A stretch of DNA of 64,000 nucleotides from Mitosporidium daphniae (lineage: Eukaryota). Every line of letters starts with the position of its first letter. The stretch's first letter is position 1. The notes beneath the pieces are model-generated. The model made no database searches. It was not told the DNA's origin and worked only from the letters and a program-made list of their open reading frames with translations. The position numbers and the translations under genes were made by a program. Shown here in pieces: positions 35,407-48,693 of the stretch. The DNA is taken from positions 1-64,000 of the forward strand of contig NW_013546645.1 in the NCBI RefSeq assembly GCF_000760515.2, written 5' to 3'.

Positions 35407-38400
35407 TTAATTTTTGTCCTTCAACAGCCGCGTAAGCAGACTGCCAGAAACCTCGCGCACCCGCCCATCGGGGCAGTGCCTTAACAATGCAAGGAGAAAT
35501 GGCCGGAGGGCGTCAATACCAGCCCCCAGCGCCTCCAACCGAAAAAGAAGCGAAATGAGAAAAGGCACAGAGTGCATCCTAAAATTATTTCCAATATTTG
35601 CATACCGCTCAGCTGGCAGTGTTGAGAAGGCCAGCACTTGCGGCGCAGTCGATGCATTTTCAATTTCAGTCAACAAAATTTCGATTGCGGCAAGTGCAGA
35701 ATGTCGTAGTGTGCCATCCATCATTGCCACAAGATTGTCAAGTGCTCTCAAGGCGAGCCGTTCCCTGAACACGCCAATTTTATGACGTGCTGGTGCCAGC
35801 GCAAATGTGATACACCGCACCAGCATTGAAAGATATCGATGCAAACAAGTTTTGGAGATCCATTTCCCCAGTATCTCTTCTGAATCAACGACCATCAGAT
35901 CAAGATTTGTAACGAGTAACTCCTCCTCTCGCTCGGAGGTAGCATCCACAGCGGCTCTAAGTGCTGCTGTGGACGCATCAAAGAGGGCTTCGCCCATATC
36001 GCCAGTCAAGGATGGCCCCAAACCATGATCCAACATCCATCTTAGGATTTGCGCGATCTGTGACAGCAACAGCCGTAGAAGGTTAAAAGTGACACTCCGT
36101 AAGGGTTCCCCTTGCGACAGTCGTTGAAGGCCATCCATCAGTACGATAAAAAATGCTCCCGTTGTCCCAAGAACGTGACAATGAAGACCGCGTACCAATG
36201 CCAATTTGTGTCGATCTTGGTCGCTGGTATTGGTACCCGCAGAGGGGAATCTATGGCCCGCGTTTCTATCGTCTCTATTACCACAAAGCCCATTTTGATC
36301 TTCTTTGCTTTTGTCGCCATCATTGCTGGGTCTGTACACCTGTCCGAATTCGTTTAGTAAGCGTTCAAGAGACACAACCAACTCATAAACGATGGGATCA
36401 TCCACTAGCCTCTGTACAAGATTGAGATGCCATAAAGAAAGTGCTCGGCCCAGTTTCACGGCCGTATTCTCGTTTTCTACCGAAATTTGCAACAAAAAGT
36501 CGATCATCGAAGCGACAACTCGTAAGACAGCATCCCTTAGCCGCCTGCTTGCCATCTGCATGGCCGGCGAATAGTTCCGGTGAAGCTCCTCAATGGTCTG
36601 CTCTCCCATCTCGCCAAAACCACCTTCGATACAAATAGAGAACAATACGGGAAGCCCTTGGTTAAAGAGGCGCTCGAGAAATTCCCATTCATCCCCAGCC
36701 ACACGGTCGCCACCAATGGATGTAATGAAAATTTCCCGGAAAACTCGCACCATTTCCAACATCGCATCTGTCCTGAATACATTTGGACATTTCTGGACAT
36801 TCTTGGATGCGTGGGCTTGTGGTGCCGTCTTTGCGCGGTGTTTTGCTCCAGAAACATGGGTTGTTCTGCAATTTCCTTCGTGTACCTTATCACAAATGGT
36901 AAGCCAAGTCTCAAAAACAATACATAATGTCTTCTGTCTCCAAGCACGGCCTTGTATCGTGCTCCCTATAGACGTCACAAACGTTACCAGATTGCCCAGT
37001 AATGCTAGGCGCATTTTTTCAGAGCCATTCAACATTACGGGTACGAAAATCTCCTGCAGTATCGTAGAAATCCAGGCGCTCTGCAGGTCCGCAGCATATA
37101 TGACGAAAATATCGATAATTCCCTCAACGCCGACGAGGACAAGAGCCGATCCGCCATCTGCTTTTGTTTCTGCCGGTAGCCGCCATAGCAATGGAATTAG
37201 AATCCGTTCAAAAATGGCTGTCCAATGCGCAGTCCCTTGTCGCTGATGCAAAGATATGGCTCTGAAAAGCATCTGAAATGCACCCTCCCGGACAGGCAGT
37301 CGCAGTGAAGCTGCCGCAATTTCTGCCAATGCGCCATAAAGATGCAATTGAAGATCGACTACGGCAGTTTCTTGCGAAATGCCGTCTACCGTCTTTTGGG
37401 GGGTGAACTGTACAGCTGTCTGCACTGTCTTGTTATTTGAAGAAGCTCCGGCCTTCGTCTTTGTAGAGCTACTATTTGCAATACGAGAAAGAATTTCATC
37501 AGAAACTGTCCAGAGCAATCCCAGCAGCGTAATCTGTGTGTTCAGCTCGATAGTGGGCAAATGTAGTACCAGTGCAATGCTCGAGATCAGCTCGGCACAA
37601 TGGCCAGCGGCCAGCTTTGAAAGCGCATCGTTTTGAGAGATCGTCGTAAGTAACGGAACAAGCTTGCGCTCAACGAGCGCGCAAAGATACGGCATCTCTA
37701 GGACACGAAGTAATAGCGCTTTGATGGCACTAAGCAGGCGGCCCCAGCTGCATGAAATTGACGAGCTGGTGGCAGTTATATGGCAAGCGGATGATGCCAC
37801 CAATGCAGTTTTTTGATCGATACTGCTATGGCTCATTGCGTTAGGCCCTTCTGTTTGGCTAGCAAAAGAGCCTTCAAGGTCGTCAATGCAACTTTGGGGA
37901 CCATCATGACAACTGGGTATATTGTTTCCAAAAAGCCTGTTGGTAAGTGCAGGAATGTAGGCTGCATCAATAGGACGACAGGTATCTGTTGAGGCTGGCC
38001 ATGGGCCTACCCAACAACATTCTTGGCAGCCTTCTCCAGGACCTGCGATATAGCCATCATCTACCAACTGGAATGCGAGGGCAATTGTTGCTGAGAGCAT
38101 TACTTCATCGTCAACACTCTCCATGACCACGGCGATGACTTCCAAAGCACGAGCAAGACTCGATGGCAAATTTTTGGTCAAATATTCCACCATGGCCGCA
38201 AAAAATGAATCTCTCATGTGACCACTGGGATGAGGTATCACCATTTCAACAAAAATGGACCGTGCGAGCAAAATCCAACCATCATCAGCATGCTGCAGTG
38301 GCAGCATTGTTCCGAAAATTAATGGCAGCAATACATCCTCAAAAATTACAGATGGTAGCGGAGGTAGAGCACGCAAAGGGCCGGTAGCAGATCCAAAACC

Positions 38401-40271
38401 CTCTGCGCTGCTAGATTCGCTCAGGAGAGCACCCAGTAAATCTCCTGCGAACGAGACGAAAAAAGAGGGGTGAGAAATGATTTCTGGACGTCCATATATG
38501 TGGTCCACAATTTCCCCAAGCTGGCGTGGAACCGTTGCTCCTTCAACTAAGGCTCTTTTGATGGTGAGGTAGAGTATGTGGACCCTCAGCCAGGCCCATG
38601 GAGACAGATTGGAATGGGCAATTTCAACTACTTCGAGCACCATATCTGCGCCTGCAAAAAGGGCATCAGAAATGCAAGTGTCAATCCATTTGACCCAAAG
38701 TGCCTCAATTTCTGTTTGAGGTCCTGGCGAGCAGAACCCCATCACGCAAAGTGTACGAAAAAGCCTGTTTTCCGCATCACCTACAAAGCCTCTGTCAATC
38801 AATGTTGTAGCCAAAGAGGCAGCAGCAGCATAAGAATGCCTGTCGGCAGACGTTGTGGGCCACGAGCACTCCGCAGCCGAAGAGGTCGATTTGCCGGCAA
38901 CTTTGGGCATGTTGCCGAGCGTTTCAAAGAGCGAAAAGATAATTTGGAGCGCGAGCTGCATATTTGCGTCATCTTCATCGCTGTGATTTGCGCCATCGTT
39001 CAAATGCTGTTGGATAAGTGAGATCGTCGCCTGTAGAAGCAAAGCAAAGCTTTCATGTGTCAGAATGGACGGGAAAATATCTGCTAGCAGTTCCAAGGCG
39101 AGTCTCGTGTGGTTAGGGTGCGCCGAGGAAAGCCATGTTGAGAGGAGCTCCAACAGGCGTGCAATGCTGCCATGATTATTTGGACTTCCATGCCCATCTG
39201 ACTTGAGGGACCCGTCAGCGCATTCAGGTGTACTGCGTACCGTTCCAATTGCGCTTTCCGTAGGCACAATCCGCTTTACAGGGGCGTAGTCTAATAAGAC
39301 CAACCTTAGCAGCGAAAAGTAGTGTTTATCTGCAGGACTGAGCACAGTGCGGTAGTGTTCGGGCGCGAGGAACTTTTCCAATGCAGGTGAGAGCACACCT
39401 TCGACCTGGGCGAACAGGGCACTAGATGTTCGAATTAACGTGGCGTAGGAGCCGAGAATTTCTATGAGCAGGGTTAAAGCAAGCTCCAGGTCCAAGCAAA
39501 GATCGTGCAGAAAGAGCATGGGATGCCCGCCGCTTCGTAAAGCAAGGTCCTTGAATTAGGATATATACCTACTTTGAGAAAAGCAGTGGCATCTTCCATG
39601 TTCAGCAGTGAAACCGCATTTTCCTGTTGGGTATTTGTGTGAGAATTCCCCGTGACTTGGGAACTCTTTTCGACGCGCTCAAAGACAGATGTAGCAAGCT
39701 GTCGAATGGAAGCAACGGCAGTATGATGAACCATCTGCACGGAGCTCTTGTTTCCATAAAGGAAAAGAGCAATGGAAAAAAGCAGTCTAAGTTGCTCGCC
39801 GTGGATCTGTTCTGAATAGTTTGCAATTAATGGCAACAATGATTGTAGGATCCGCAGTTGGATCTCGGGGACCCCACCGCGCAGTCTCCAAAGCACGTCA
39901 ACAAGAGCGGCTACTTGGACCTAGGAATGAGCGGTACCCCGTACGTCTGGAACTTGGTGGTGAGCCACAAGCCGCTGCATGGCACTGACCGCTGGCGTTG
40001 CTACTTTCGGATTTTCGGTCAGAGCCGCCTGATTCAGAGCGGGATAGAGCTCTAAAAGGTCATTGGTCCCCTTTGGGCCGCTGCCGGCAAATGTGGATCT
40101 CTTGGAGCGGGCCATTTCCAAAGCCGTGTGAACGCGCTCCAGAACCTGCGGTGATGCGGAAAAGCATACCTCTCTAAACGGATAAGACGCGCCTTTTTTG
40201 CGTGTTTCTAAAAGAATATGCTGAAGGTCACTGGCAAGCGCTCCGAGCAGGGAGCTATTGATCTCCAGCAT
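35407..40271 (-). CDS. Mon2/Ysl2-like large Arf-GEF-related protein, divergent
   Basis: LASDLQHILLETRKK, EIQLRILQSLLPL, HTAVASIRQL..VFERV, LALTLLIEIL, IGLLW-like LLGLLWTVSD, VREGAFQMLFR. 5' micro-introns followed by a ~4.1-kb exon. Confidence 0.75.
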
Positions 40272-40369
40272 TCCCACGAAAGTTTAATTACAAATTTGCA
40301 ATTCAAAAGTCAATGCCAAGGCAATGAAAGATTTGGAAGTTTACTTTTTACGATCATATGGCTGGGGAG

Positions 40370-40786
40370 CTAGTTGCGCTTGCCGTTGCGAAGCTTCTTC
40401 ATTTTGAGCGGCTTTGGGGTGCGCTGGCTTCTGAAGATGGCGCACACGCGGGCAACACCGGCATCAACAAGGTCGGCACGGTCAGAATTGGCTAGGATAT
40501 TTCTTACGGCGCAGATAGACGCTTTTCGTCCACGGACAAGTGAGACAGTTTGGTTGCTCGATTGTGGGAAGCGCTCGAATTTTGATCCGCTCTTTTGGGT
40601 CAATAGCAGCTTGCCCTTGGTAGATGCAGCGAGTCCGAAGGAGGATTCGGAAGAAAGGCTGACATACTTTGCAGCATTAAGATTCATCAGGTTCTTCGGG
40701 TCTGATGAGAATTCGCATCCGCCGCGGCGGACAACATAGCACGAATTGGCTTTAACAAGCTCCCAGCAAAGGTCTGCAGATATCAT
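40370..40786 (-). CDS. 60S ribosomal protein eL28
   Basis: SADLCWELVKANSCYVVR..FSSDPKNLMNLN..RADL..ARVCAIFRSQR. Confidence 0.85.
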   Translation of the reverse strand: MISADLCWELVKANSCYVVRRGGCEFSSDPKNLMNLNAAKYVSLSSESSFGLAASTKGKLLLTQKSGSKFERFPQSSNQTVSLVRGRKASICAVRNILANSDRADLVDAGVARVCAIFRSQRTPKPLKMKKLRNGKRN

Positions 40787-40923
40787 GGGTAAAAAAATAG
40801 CCCTGCTGCAAAATGCGAGTATTTTCCATCCGGTATTTAATCGGGTGGTTTTGTAAATTACCAAATTAAAATTTAAATTAAATTAAATTCAAGAATTAAA
40901 TCCAAATTATTCGATTGTTATTC

Positions 40924-41799
40924 ATGTACGGCGCGCCTCCCCATCCGCATCAGCAGCCACATGCGCCCTTCCAGTATGGGGCGCCCCCGCAGTCAGATGC
41001 CTTGCATTCCAGCTCGTTTTTGATCCGACCGCACATCGGATCGCCACTTGCCCCCAAGCCCAGCACTGGACTCAAGGTTTTTCTCCGTCGGCTCTATTAT
41101 AGAGCCTCGGCTTTTATAGAACGTTCGCAGCCATACTATGGGCCCCGCTGGGCACTTTCTGCAATCCTGCTGACACTATTCATGGCGCGGGTAATTATTT
41201 CTCAGGGCTGGTATGTGATCGCCTATGGTCTCTGGATTTATTTGTTGAACGCCTTTCTGGCATTCTTGTCGCCAAAATTCGATCCATCTGGCGAACTTGA
41301 TAACGATGCCGACTTGTCTGACCAGTCTGGCCCGGCGCTTCCAACGGTTTCCTCCTTTGGCATGGATCAGCGTACAGCCGACACAGATGACGACGAATTC
41401 CGCCCCTTTGTTAGACGCCTTCCGGAATTTACCTTTTGGCATTCTGTGACGACCGCAATAATCCTTTCTATCTGCATTTCTTTCTTTTCAATATTTGATA
41501 TCCCCGTCTTCTGGCCCATTCTATTGGTATACTTTATACTGCTCTTTGCAATGACAATGAAAAGGCAAATCAAGCATATGATCAAGTACAAATACATTCC
41601 GTTTGATCTCGGTAAGAAGAAATATAACAGTAGCAATAAGACCTCCGGAACGGGCCCCTTTAGTGCATTTTCGCTTGCCAGCTCGCCACAGACCGCATAT
41701 CAGCCACCGACCAAAGGCAGTCTGACGTCGCCGCTTTCTGCAGCACAGATGCCGCACTATGTGCCGCCGGCCCCCTTTGTCCCGCGGCCTAGCGAGTAG
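40924..41799 (+). CDS. RER1: ER retrieval receptor Rer1
   Basis: GWYVIAYGLWIYLLNAFLAFLSPKFDP, DEFRPFVRRLPEF, DIPVFWPILL, RQIKHMIKYKY. Confidence 0.95.
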   Translation: MYGAPPHPHQQPHAPFQYGAPPQSDALHSSSFLIRPHIGSPLAPKPSTGLKVFLRRLYYRASAFIERSQPYYGPRWALSAILLTLFMARVIISQGWYVIAYGLWIYLLNAFLAFLSPKFDPSGELDNDADLSDQSGPALPTVSSFGMDQRTADTDDDEFRPFVRRLPEFTFWHSVTTAIILSICISFFSIFDIPVFWPILLVYFILLFAMTMKRQIKHMIKYKYIPFDLGKKKYNSSNKTSGTGPFSAFSLASSPQTAYQPPTKGSLTSPLSAAQMPHYVPPAPFVPRPSE

Positions 41800-41926
41800 T
41801 GGTTTAAATGAAAATTTACAGTTGTAATCAAGCTACCCATTTGTGGCCGTAATCATTAAGCATAGGAGGGAAACGTGGGCCACATCATATGTGGCCAGTG
41901 GTGTAGTGCTTAATTTTAAATTCTGA

Positions 41927-44900
41927 ATGCGGCCCGGGTCGCTGTAACTTTGTCTCCTCTTACCCTGTAGAGATGCATATGCACCCGGGGGCATCGTACA
42001 CCTGCAGCTGGTAAACTTTGTCACATACGACCGGCTTGAGCTCAGTCCAGGCCCATACATGAACATGATTGTTGGCCCAAACGGCTCTGGAAAAAGCTCT
42101 ATTGTGTCGGCAATTGCGCTTGGGCTCGGCTTTGGTACACAAGTGACCACAATTATAATTTCTGATGCCTAGATCCTCGGAAGATCCTCCCATTTAGGAA
42201 GCTTTGTAAAAAAAGGTCGGGAGTCGGCAACCATCGAGATTACGCTGTGCAGGTCACCTGCAGAAGGCTCCGTGGTCACCATCCGAAGAGAGTTCTCCTC
42301 CATATGCGGATTCCCATTAGCCGGCGCACGTGCCACAGACAAATGGTTTATTGACGGAACGCGCGCTACCAAAGAAGCTATCGCTGATTTAGTTGAAGTT
42401 ACCTTCAACATTCGCCTTGGTAACTTGTGTCAGTTCTTGCCTCAAGATCGACTTTCAGAATTCTCACGGCTTTCAGAAAGCGAACTACTGGTGGCAACTG
42501 CAGAAGCTATTGAACCGCCAGAAACATTGGCCATGCAACGACACCTCATCGACATGGGTGAACAACTACGGCGGGCACAGCTTGAAATTTCGGGAATAGA
42601 AAAAGAACTTGCCACCCTGTCCGCAACAAATAGCCACCTGCTACCGCAGGTCGAACGCTATCGGGCAAATGCAGCACATCAAACGCACATTTCACTACTA
42701 AAGGCCAAACGACCGTGGCTTGAGTATAACGAAGCGAGAACAACTTTTCTCTCAGCAAAAGCGCAACGCGATAGTGCCCAGCAAATCTCAAATCAAGCGG
42801 CTTCTGCCATCATTCCACTGAGAGAGTCATTAGCTGAGCTATTGAACAAATTGGAAAACCTTCATACTAGCGACCTTTGGTGTCAACTAGATGTCCTGGA
42901 GGAGCGAAGAATTGCTCTGCAAGGTCGATTGGCTGCAAATCCAGTGGAAATTTCCAAAGAGCAACTAACAAATGCCAGCAATCGTGAAGCGGCCCTTCGT
43001 CAGCGATCTCAGGAAATTTTTGCCGAGTTGGAAACACTTGCTGTGCAAGAGGCACAAGGAAGCGAAAGCCGCAACCAACATGAGCGAACTCTAGAGTTAC
43101 TCGGCCCAGAGCTTACAGAAGCTGGAGAGCGTCGCCGCCGCCTTCAGAGCTCCATACAAGACGTCGCAAACCTCCGTGCTGATATCGAGGCAGAGGGTAC
43201 GGAACTTCAACGCAAAATCAATGGCGCTCTCTCCAGGTAAGCGTCCTAGCTAATTCTGACTTTTTTTCGGTCTCTGTATCTGTTTCCTTATTTTTTTCTT
43301 TATTCCACTTTATCTTGTGTCTTTGCTTTTCTTATACATGTAGGCTGGCAGGATCTCAAGACCATGTGCGACTTGAGTTGATACGACAATCAGATCCGGA
43401 CACCTTTCGGGCATTAGAGTGGTTCCGCAAGCACAGGTCGCGGTTTAGTGGGCGTGTATCTGAGCCGATCTGTCTTGAGCTTATCGTCAAAGATCCACGT
43501 TACGCTGCCATTTTGGAGACTGCACTTTCAAAGCAAGCAATGATGAGCTTTGTCTTTGAAGATGGGTCTGATTACGAGCTCTTTCTAGCCTCATGCAGCG
43601 ATTCTATGGGACTGCGAATCAACGCGATTCATATCATCAAGTCTCGGCCGGAAGAATATCGCCCATTTATTTCTCATGAAGAGATTATTGAACGGCTGCA
43701 CTTTGATTGCTACTTGCGCGACATTATTAATGCGCCAGACATTGTCATTGCTGCCTTGTGTGACCAATTCAAGATTCATATCCAAGTATATAATTGCACT
43801 AATGCTAGCCCGTGGCTCTAGGCACAGTCGATCATGCTGCCGTGGACAAACATCGCGAGATTCTCAAATATTATGCGGCTGGACAAGCATTTGAAGTGCG
43901 GCATACCAATTCGCGGACCTCCAACGGACATGGCTCGTCGCCAGTAGTCATTTCAAAGGCAATTCGTCCGGCACGTTTGTTAAGGGATCCTGGACAAGAG
44001 GCCAGAAGAGCTTCAGAGGAGATCGTCAAAACATCTAGGTACGCTGGCTCCGCTATTTCTTACCACTAATAGAGAGAAATTGGCGCAGAATGAACGACGG
44101 ATGCGTGAACTGGTAGAACAGGAAGAAAAATCCCGAACATCACTCGAGGGTGTCCAAACTACTTATCGGCTACTTCTTGAGCGTCGTAAGTCCTTACAGC
44201 TGGAAATTGATGCGCTGGACTCCATCGCCCGCATCCAAGGTACTTTTTCATTTCGCTCCTTTTTGCCTTTTTGATTCGGTGGCTTTATTTTTGAATGTCC
44301 TTTGACTTAATTTCAGGATTGCGGAGGGCAGAGCTGACACATGTGCAGCAGCAGCTAACGGAATCTACAGAGTGTTTGGCAGCAGCAAGGGCTGCGCTTT
44401 CGGATGCATATCTAACTAAAGCACGACTTTTTCAGCAGCTAGGACGTGTCTTAGCAGAGGCCCCCAGCCTACTGGCGACAGCAGCTACAAAATTAGCACA
44501 AAAAAGTGCCCTTGAAGTGCAAGCTAATGAAGCTCGGACCGCGCTAGCTCACAATGAAGCTTCTTTGGCGCAGCTTCATGATGCGTTGGAAGTCTCAGAA
44601 CAAGCACTAGCTTCGGCTCGCAGTGTTGCAAAAAGCCTTCTTGCAGAAGCAAAGAAGACACCATTAACGGATGAAACGAAGACACACTTTGAACGCCTCC
44701 CAGAGTCACTGGATGAGCTTGATGGTGCTATTGCTGAAGCGGAGGCAATTGCCGCTCTTACTGCAGACATATCCCGTAAAACTGTTGAAGAGTGGGAACT
44801 TCGCAATGCACATGTAAGAGGTGGCCCTTCCTAGAACTAGATTGCGGAATTGAACGAAAAAGTGTCTCGATGCTCCCAAGAGAAAGATGTCCTTTATGAC

Positions 44901-45488
44901 CGGCTTAAAGAAATTGAAGGAAGCTGGATAGAGGTTATTACCCACATGGTTGAAGGGATAAATTCCCGCTTTTCTTCCTTCTTTCAAGCGATAAACTGCG
45001 AAGGGCGCGTTCTTTTAAGTATGTATCAAAAGTTGACGTGTTCTTTAGAGCGAGCAGGAAATTTCCAATTTGAGCATTGGGGAATCAGTGTGCTGGCCAA
45101 GTTCAGAGCTGAAGAACGGTTGGTTCCATTGGACTCTGAGCGGCAAAGCGGCGGCGAGCGCTCGGTCACTACAATTCTTTACCTAATGGCGCTGCAGCAG
45201 AATGCTCTGTCGCCATTTCGGATTGTCGACGAAATTAACCAGGGCATGGACCCACGAAACGAGAGACTCATTCACAAATTAATTGTGCATGCGATTGCGC
45301 CACGTAGTGCCGATGCAAACACGAATTCGGAATGCGTTAAGTCTCTGGGATCGCAGTATTTTCTGATCACGCCAAAGCTCCTACTTGACCTTGAATATGC
45401 AGAGCATACCAAGTTATTGTGTGTTTTAAACGGCACAGGGCTAGCGGATCAGCTTCCGCCGACATTAACAACCCCTTGGGCATCTTGA
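41927..45488 (+). CDS. SMC5: Structural maintenance of chromosomes protein Smc5
   Basis: NFVTYD, GPNGSGKSSIVSAI, NLCQFLPQDR, QSGGERSVTTILYLMALQ, PFRIVDEINQGMDPRNER, QYFLITPKLL. Confidence 0.95.
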
Positions 45489-45641
45489 CTCGCTTTAACT
45501 TTAATTGATTGAAAATATTCGCCCACTGGCTGATGGTTCTCTTTAAAATCGTTCAATTAATTTTCAGCATTCCAATTAATTTTACTTTTAAATTAATTTC
45601 CATTCTTTTCGTCCCAGAAAGCCAATCTAGCCTTTACTCAG

Positions 45642-45953
45642 ATGGACTTTGAGAATCTCTCCGCTCATGAAAAGAAGCAAATGGTCACTCTGATAGAGGA
45701 AAAGCAGGTGTGTCGCCGTACTAATGTATAGGCCAAGCAATTTGTTACGTTGTTTGCTTATGTGGTGGAAACATGCTTTGCAGACTGTGTGTCGGATTTT
45801 ACATCCAAGTCTCTTACGGATAAGGAGGTACACACATCAGTTTCATCATAGGCTTCCTGTGCATCTATCTGCACAGAAAAGATTTTGAAGCTGACAAATA
45901 GAATTGGGCAGCGGATGAGCGAGAAACAGGCAGCAGCACCAGCTCTCCAGTAA
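45642..45953 (+). CDS. TIM9: Small Tim chaperone Tim9 (absent from ORF track)
   Basis: Two 24-nt introns. Spliced ..[39 protein letters not shown]..RIGQR (twin CX3C). Confidence 0.9.
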
Positions 45954-46193
45954 CTCCATAGGCTTGCCAATAAAAATTCACCATTGAGGCAAATTTTGCC
46001 GTTACACTTGATTTTCTGATTAACTTGGAATTACCGGCAAATTAAAATGCTAAATTGTACAGAAAGGTTCCGTGCTCTTGCTGGGCTTCTGCCCCCACAC
46101 GCACATGCGCACAGTGGTGGATAAGATTTTCCGTCCATGCTACAAATTTACGAACACAAACTCATCTGGCCGCGCACCTAAAAGTTGTCTCTT

Positions 46194-47874
46194 TTATTGA
46201 GGATGATAATCGCAAGTTTTTTCTTTCGTCTTATAGTCAGCAATGTGGGAGATCTTAAGCTCTGGATCCTCAATGACATTAGAATACTCCAGTGTAATCT
46301 GTAACAAGACGGGATTGCATTTTTCAGACTCCATTTCTTTGGAATTAATTAGGTCATAGGCAACTGATGGATAAAGCAATATGAAACATACCTTTTTTTA
46401 ATTTATGCACAAACGACACCGCAAACGACTTGATGTCGGAAGTAAAAGAAATAGGGTCTTCTTGGTTGAATTGTTTAAAGTTTCCAATGGAAAAGCTAAA
46501 CATTCCATTCTGCTGTGTGGTAACAAAGATGTTTGTGACCACAATGTTTCCATGACTAATATTGTGCGATCTCAAGCTATTTATCGAGGCAAACAGGCGT
46601 TTAAAAGCCTCAATAACCTGGGGGCTGTTTGCAGTCTCCGGCTTAGATTCAAAAAATGAAGATAACGACTGTCCGGTCTCTGCATATTCATCTTCATACA
46701 TATATCCCAATAGGTTCATTTTGTTTTCTTGCAAATCAATCAACAGGCCCTTTGGATAGCGAAAGTCTTTGGATTCATTTTCATCAAAATAACGTATTAT
46801 CTTGAGCTCGTCACCATATTTGAACTCATAAGTAAAGGGGGGTATCTTTAATATACCTTTCTTGAATTTTTCCAACGAAAATTTGAAATTTAAATCGTTT
46901 CCAGCGTCTGGGTTGTTCAATTCCCAACGAGCCAAATTTTCCCTTTTAGAAGAAAGGGTGTTGTCTTCTTTCACGGTAATATTTACACCGTGGGATTGAA
47001 TTACAGCTGGCATCAGTACATGAGAATTCCATTCGAAGAAGTAACGAAGAATATCATTCCGTAGTTCCTGCTCCTCTTCAGTAGCATTTGAATAATTGCT
47101 TTTGAAAAACTTTTGTACTAAATCTTCGTTTTTTAGAGTTGTCTGGCCAAAAAACTGCGATATTTTGTCGTCGTCCTTGAGAAAAGACTCCAAGGTTTCT
47201 GTAAGGATCAAGCGAAACATGGATTTGGACATAATATTCCAGACACTGAGTTCGAATATTTTTATAACAAAGGGTTTGTTATTAACAAAGCCTCTAGAAA
47301 TGAAAAAGATTTTGAGAAATGATTCGATAGACTCGGTGCAATAAAAAGACCTAATCCATTTGGGTGGGCTGCTAGTTTCGTTGGACGGGATTTTTTCTGC
47401 AGTAAAAAAGCCATCCTGCCTGGGAAAGTAAAACATGGGCTTCAATGCTGAAGGAAAATACGTCCTATCTTGAGACCCATTGAAGAAAACATAAAAGTCG
47501 GTCACATTTTTCAACCTCCATGTGTAATCAGGATATTTACCTGCGAAATTACAGAATAATCCATTAGCTCTGTTGTATTCAGCTTTTTGATCTTTGGAGG
47601 AATCTGTGGGGGAATCTGTGGAGGAATTTTTGGAGGAATTTGTGGAAGATATGAAATAAGCGCTAAAGCCGATCACCGTGCATATCCCAGCTAGCTTGAA
47701 TATATAAGTATGAAGATGCTTCGATCGAGAACGTGCCGGAACGGCCAGACCATATGCAACTCTTAACGCAAGTAGCGTAGCGATGCAAATACACGCTGTA
47801 ATTGCTACAGTCAGCATGCCATCTAAACCCGTATAGTGGGTCTGCATCTTTTTTATGGAATTTTTTAGCCACAT
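46194..47874 (-). CDS. Orphan 2-TM protein with degenerate kinase-like C-terminus (paralog A)
   Basis: ATG at 47874, two hydrophobic helices, S/T repeat, HGNIVVTNIFV..FSIGNF (HxDxxxxN/DFG-like with D->N). An intron near 46364-46391 leads to a last exon ending at 46194. Confidence 0.65.
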
Positions 47875-48693
47875 AAATGAGTCCTGTTTTTGGAGTGAGA
47901 TTATCCGCGATGTTTTGGAGGAGGCGTTTTCGACTTTGGGGATCAAGATGGCACTGGGCGTGGCAGCTGCAGCCGCAGTTGATGGCTCCCCAGACGATGT
48001 CGGGCTTTTCAAAACCAGAGCCACAACGATTAAAAACACGAGAACGGTGACACATTTATGTGGCTAAAAAATTCCATAAAAAAGATGCAGACCCACTATA
48101 CGGGTTTAGATGGCATGCTGACTGTAGCAATTACAGCGTGTATTTGCATCGCTACGCTACTTGCGTTAAGAGTTGCATATGGTCTGGCCGTTCCGGCACG
48201 TTCTCGATCGAAGCATCTTCATACTTATATATTCAAGCTAGCTGGGATATGCACGGTGATCGGCTTTAGCGCTTATTTCATATCTTCCACAAATTCCTCC
48301 ACAAATTCCCCCACAGATTCATCCACAAATTCCTCCAAAAATTCCTCCACAGATTCCCCCACAGATTCCTCCAAAGATCAAAAAGCTGAATACAACAGAG
48401 CTAATGGATTATTCTGTAATTTCGCAGGTAAATATCCTGATTACACATGGAGGTTGAAAAATGTGACCGACTTTTATGTTTTCTTCAATGGGTCTCAAGA
48501 TAGGACGTATTTTCCTTCAGCATTGAAGCCCATGTTTTACTTTCCCAGGCAGGATGGCTTTTTTACTGCAGAAAAAATCCCGTCCAACGAAACTAGCAGC
48601 CCACCCAAATGGATTAGGTCTTTTTATTGCACCGAGTCTATCGAATCATTTCTCAAAATCTTTTTCATTTCTAGAGGCTTTGTTAATAACAAA
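47275..48693. repeat. Large inverted repeat: arms 47275-47879 and 48053-48693, 173-bp spacer
   Basis: Arms are reverse-complement identical as far as I can read, except for 36 extra nt (three 12-nt units) in the right arm. Diverged homology continues outward to ~46690 and ~49305. Confidence 0.95.

Noticed and set aside
2062..45851. Rule that all 3n-length introns contain stop codons (NMD proofreading)
   Set aside because: Many do, but at least four candidate stop-free 3n introns exist and detection is biased toward stop-containing ones.
47275..48693. DNA transposon with terminal inverted repeats
   Set aside because: The arms are coding sequence of a membrane protein. No transposase, target-site duplication or sharp outer ends are present.
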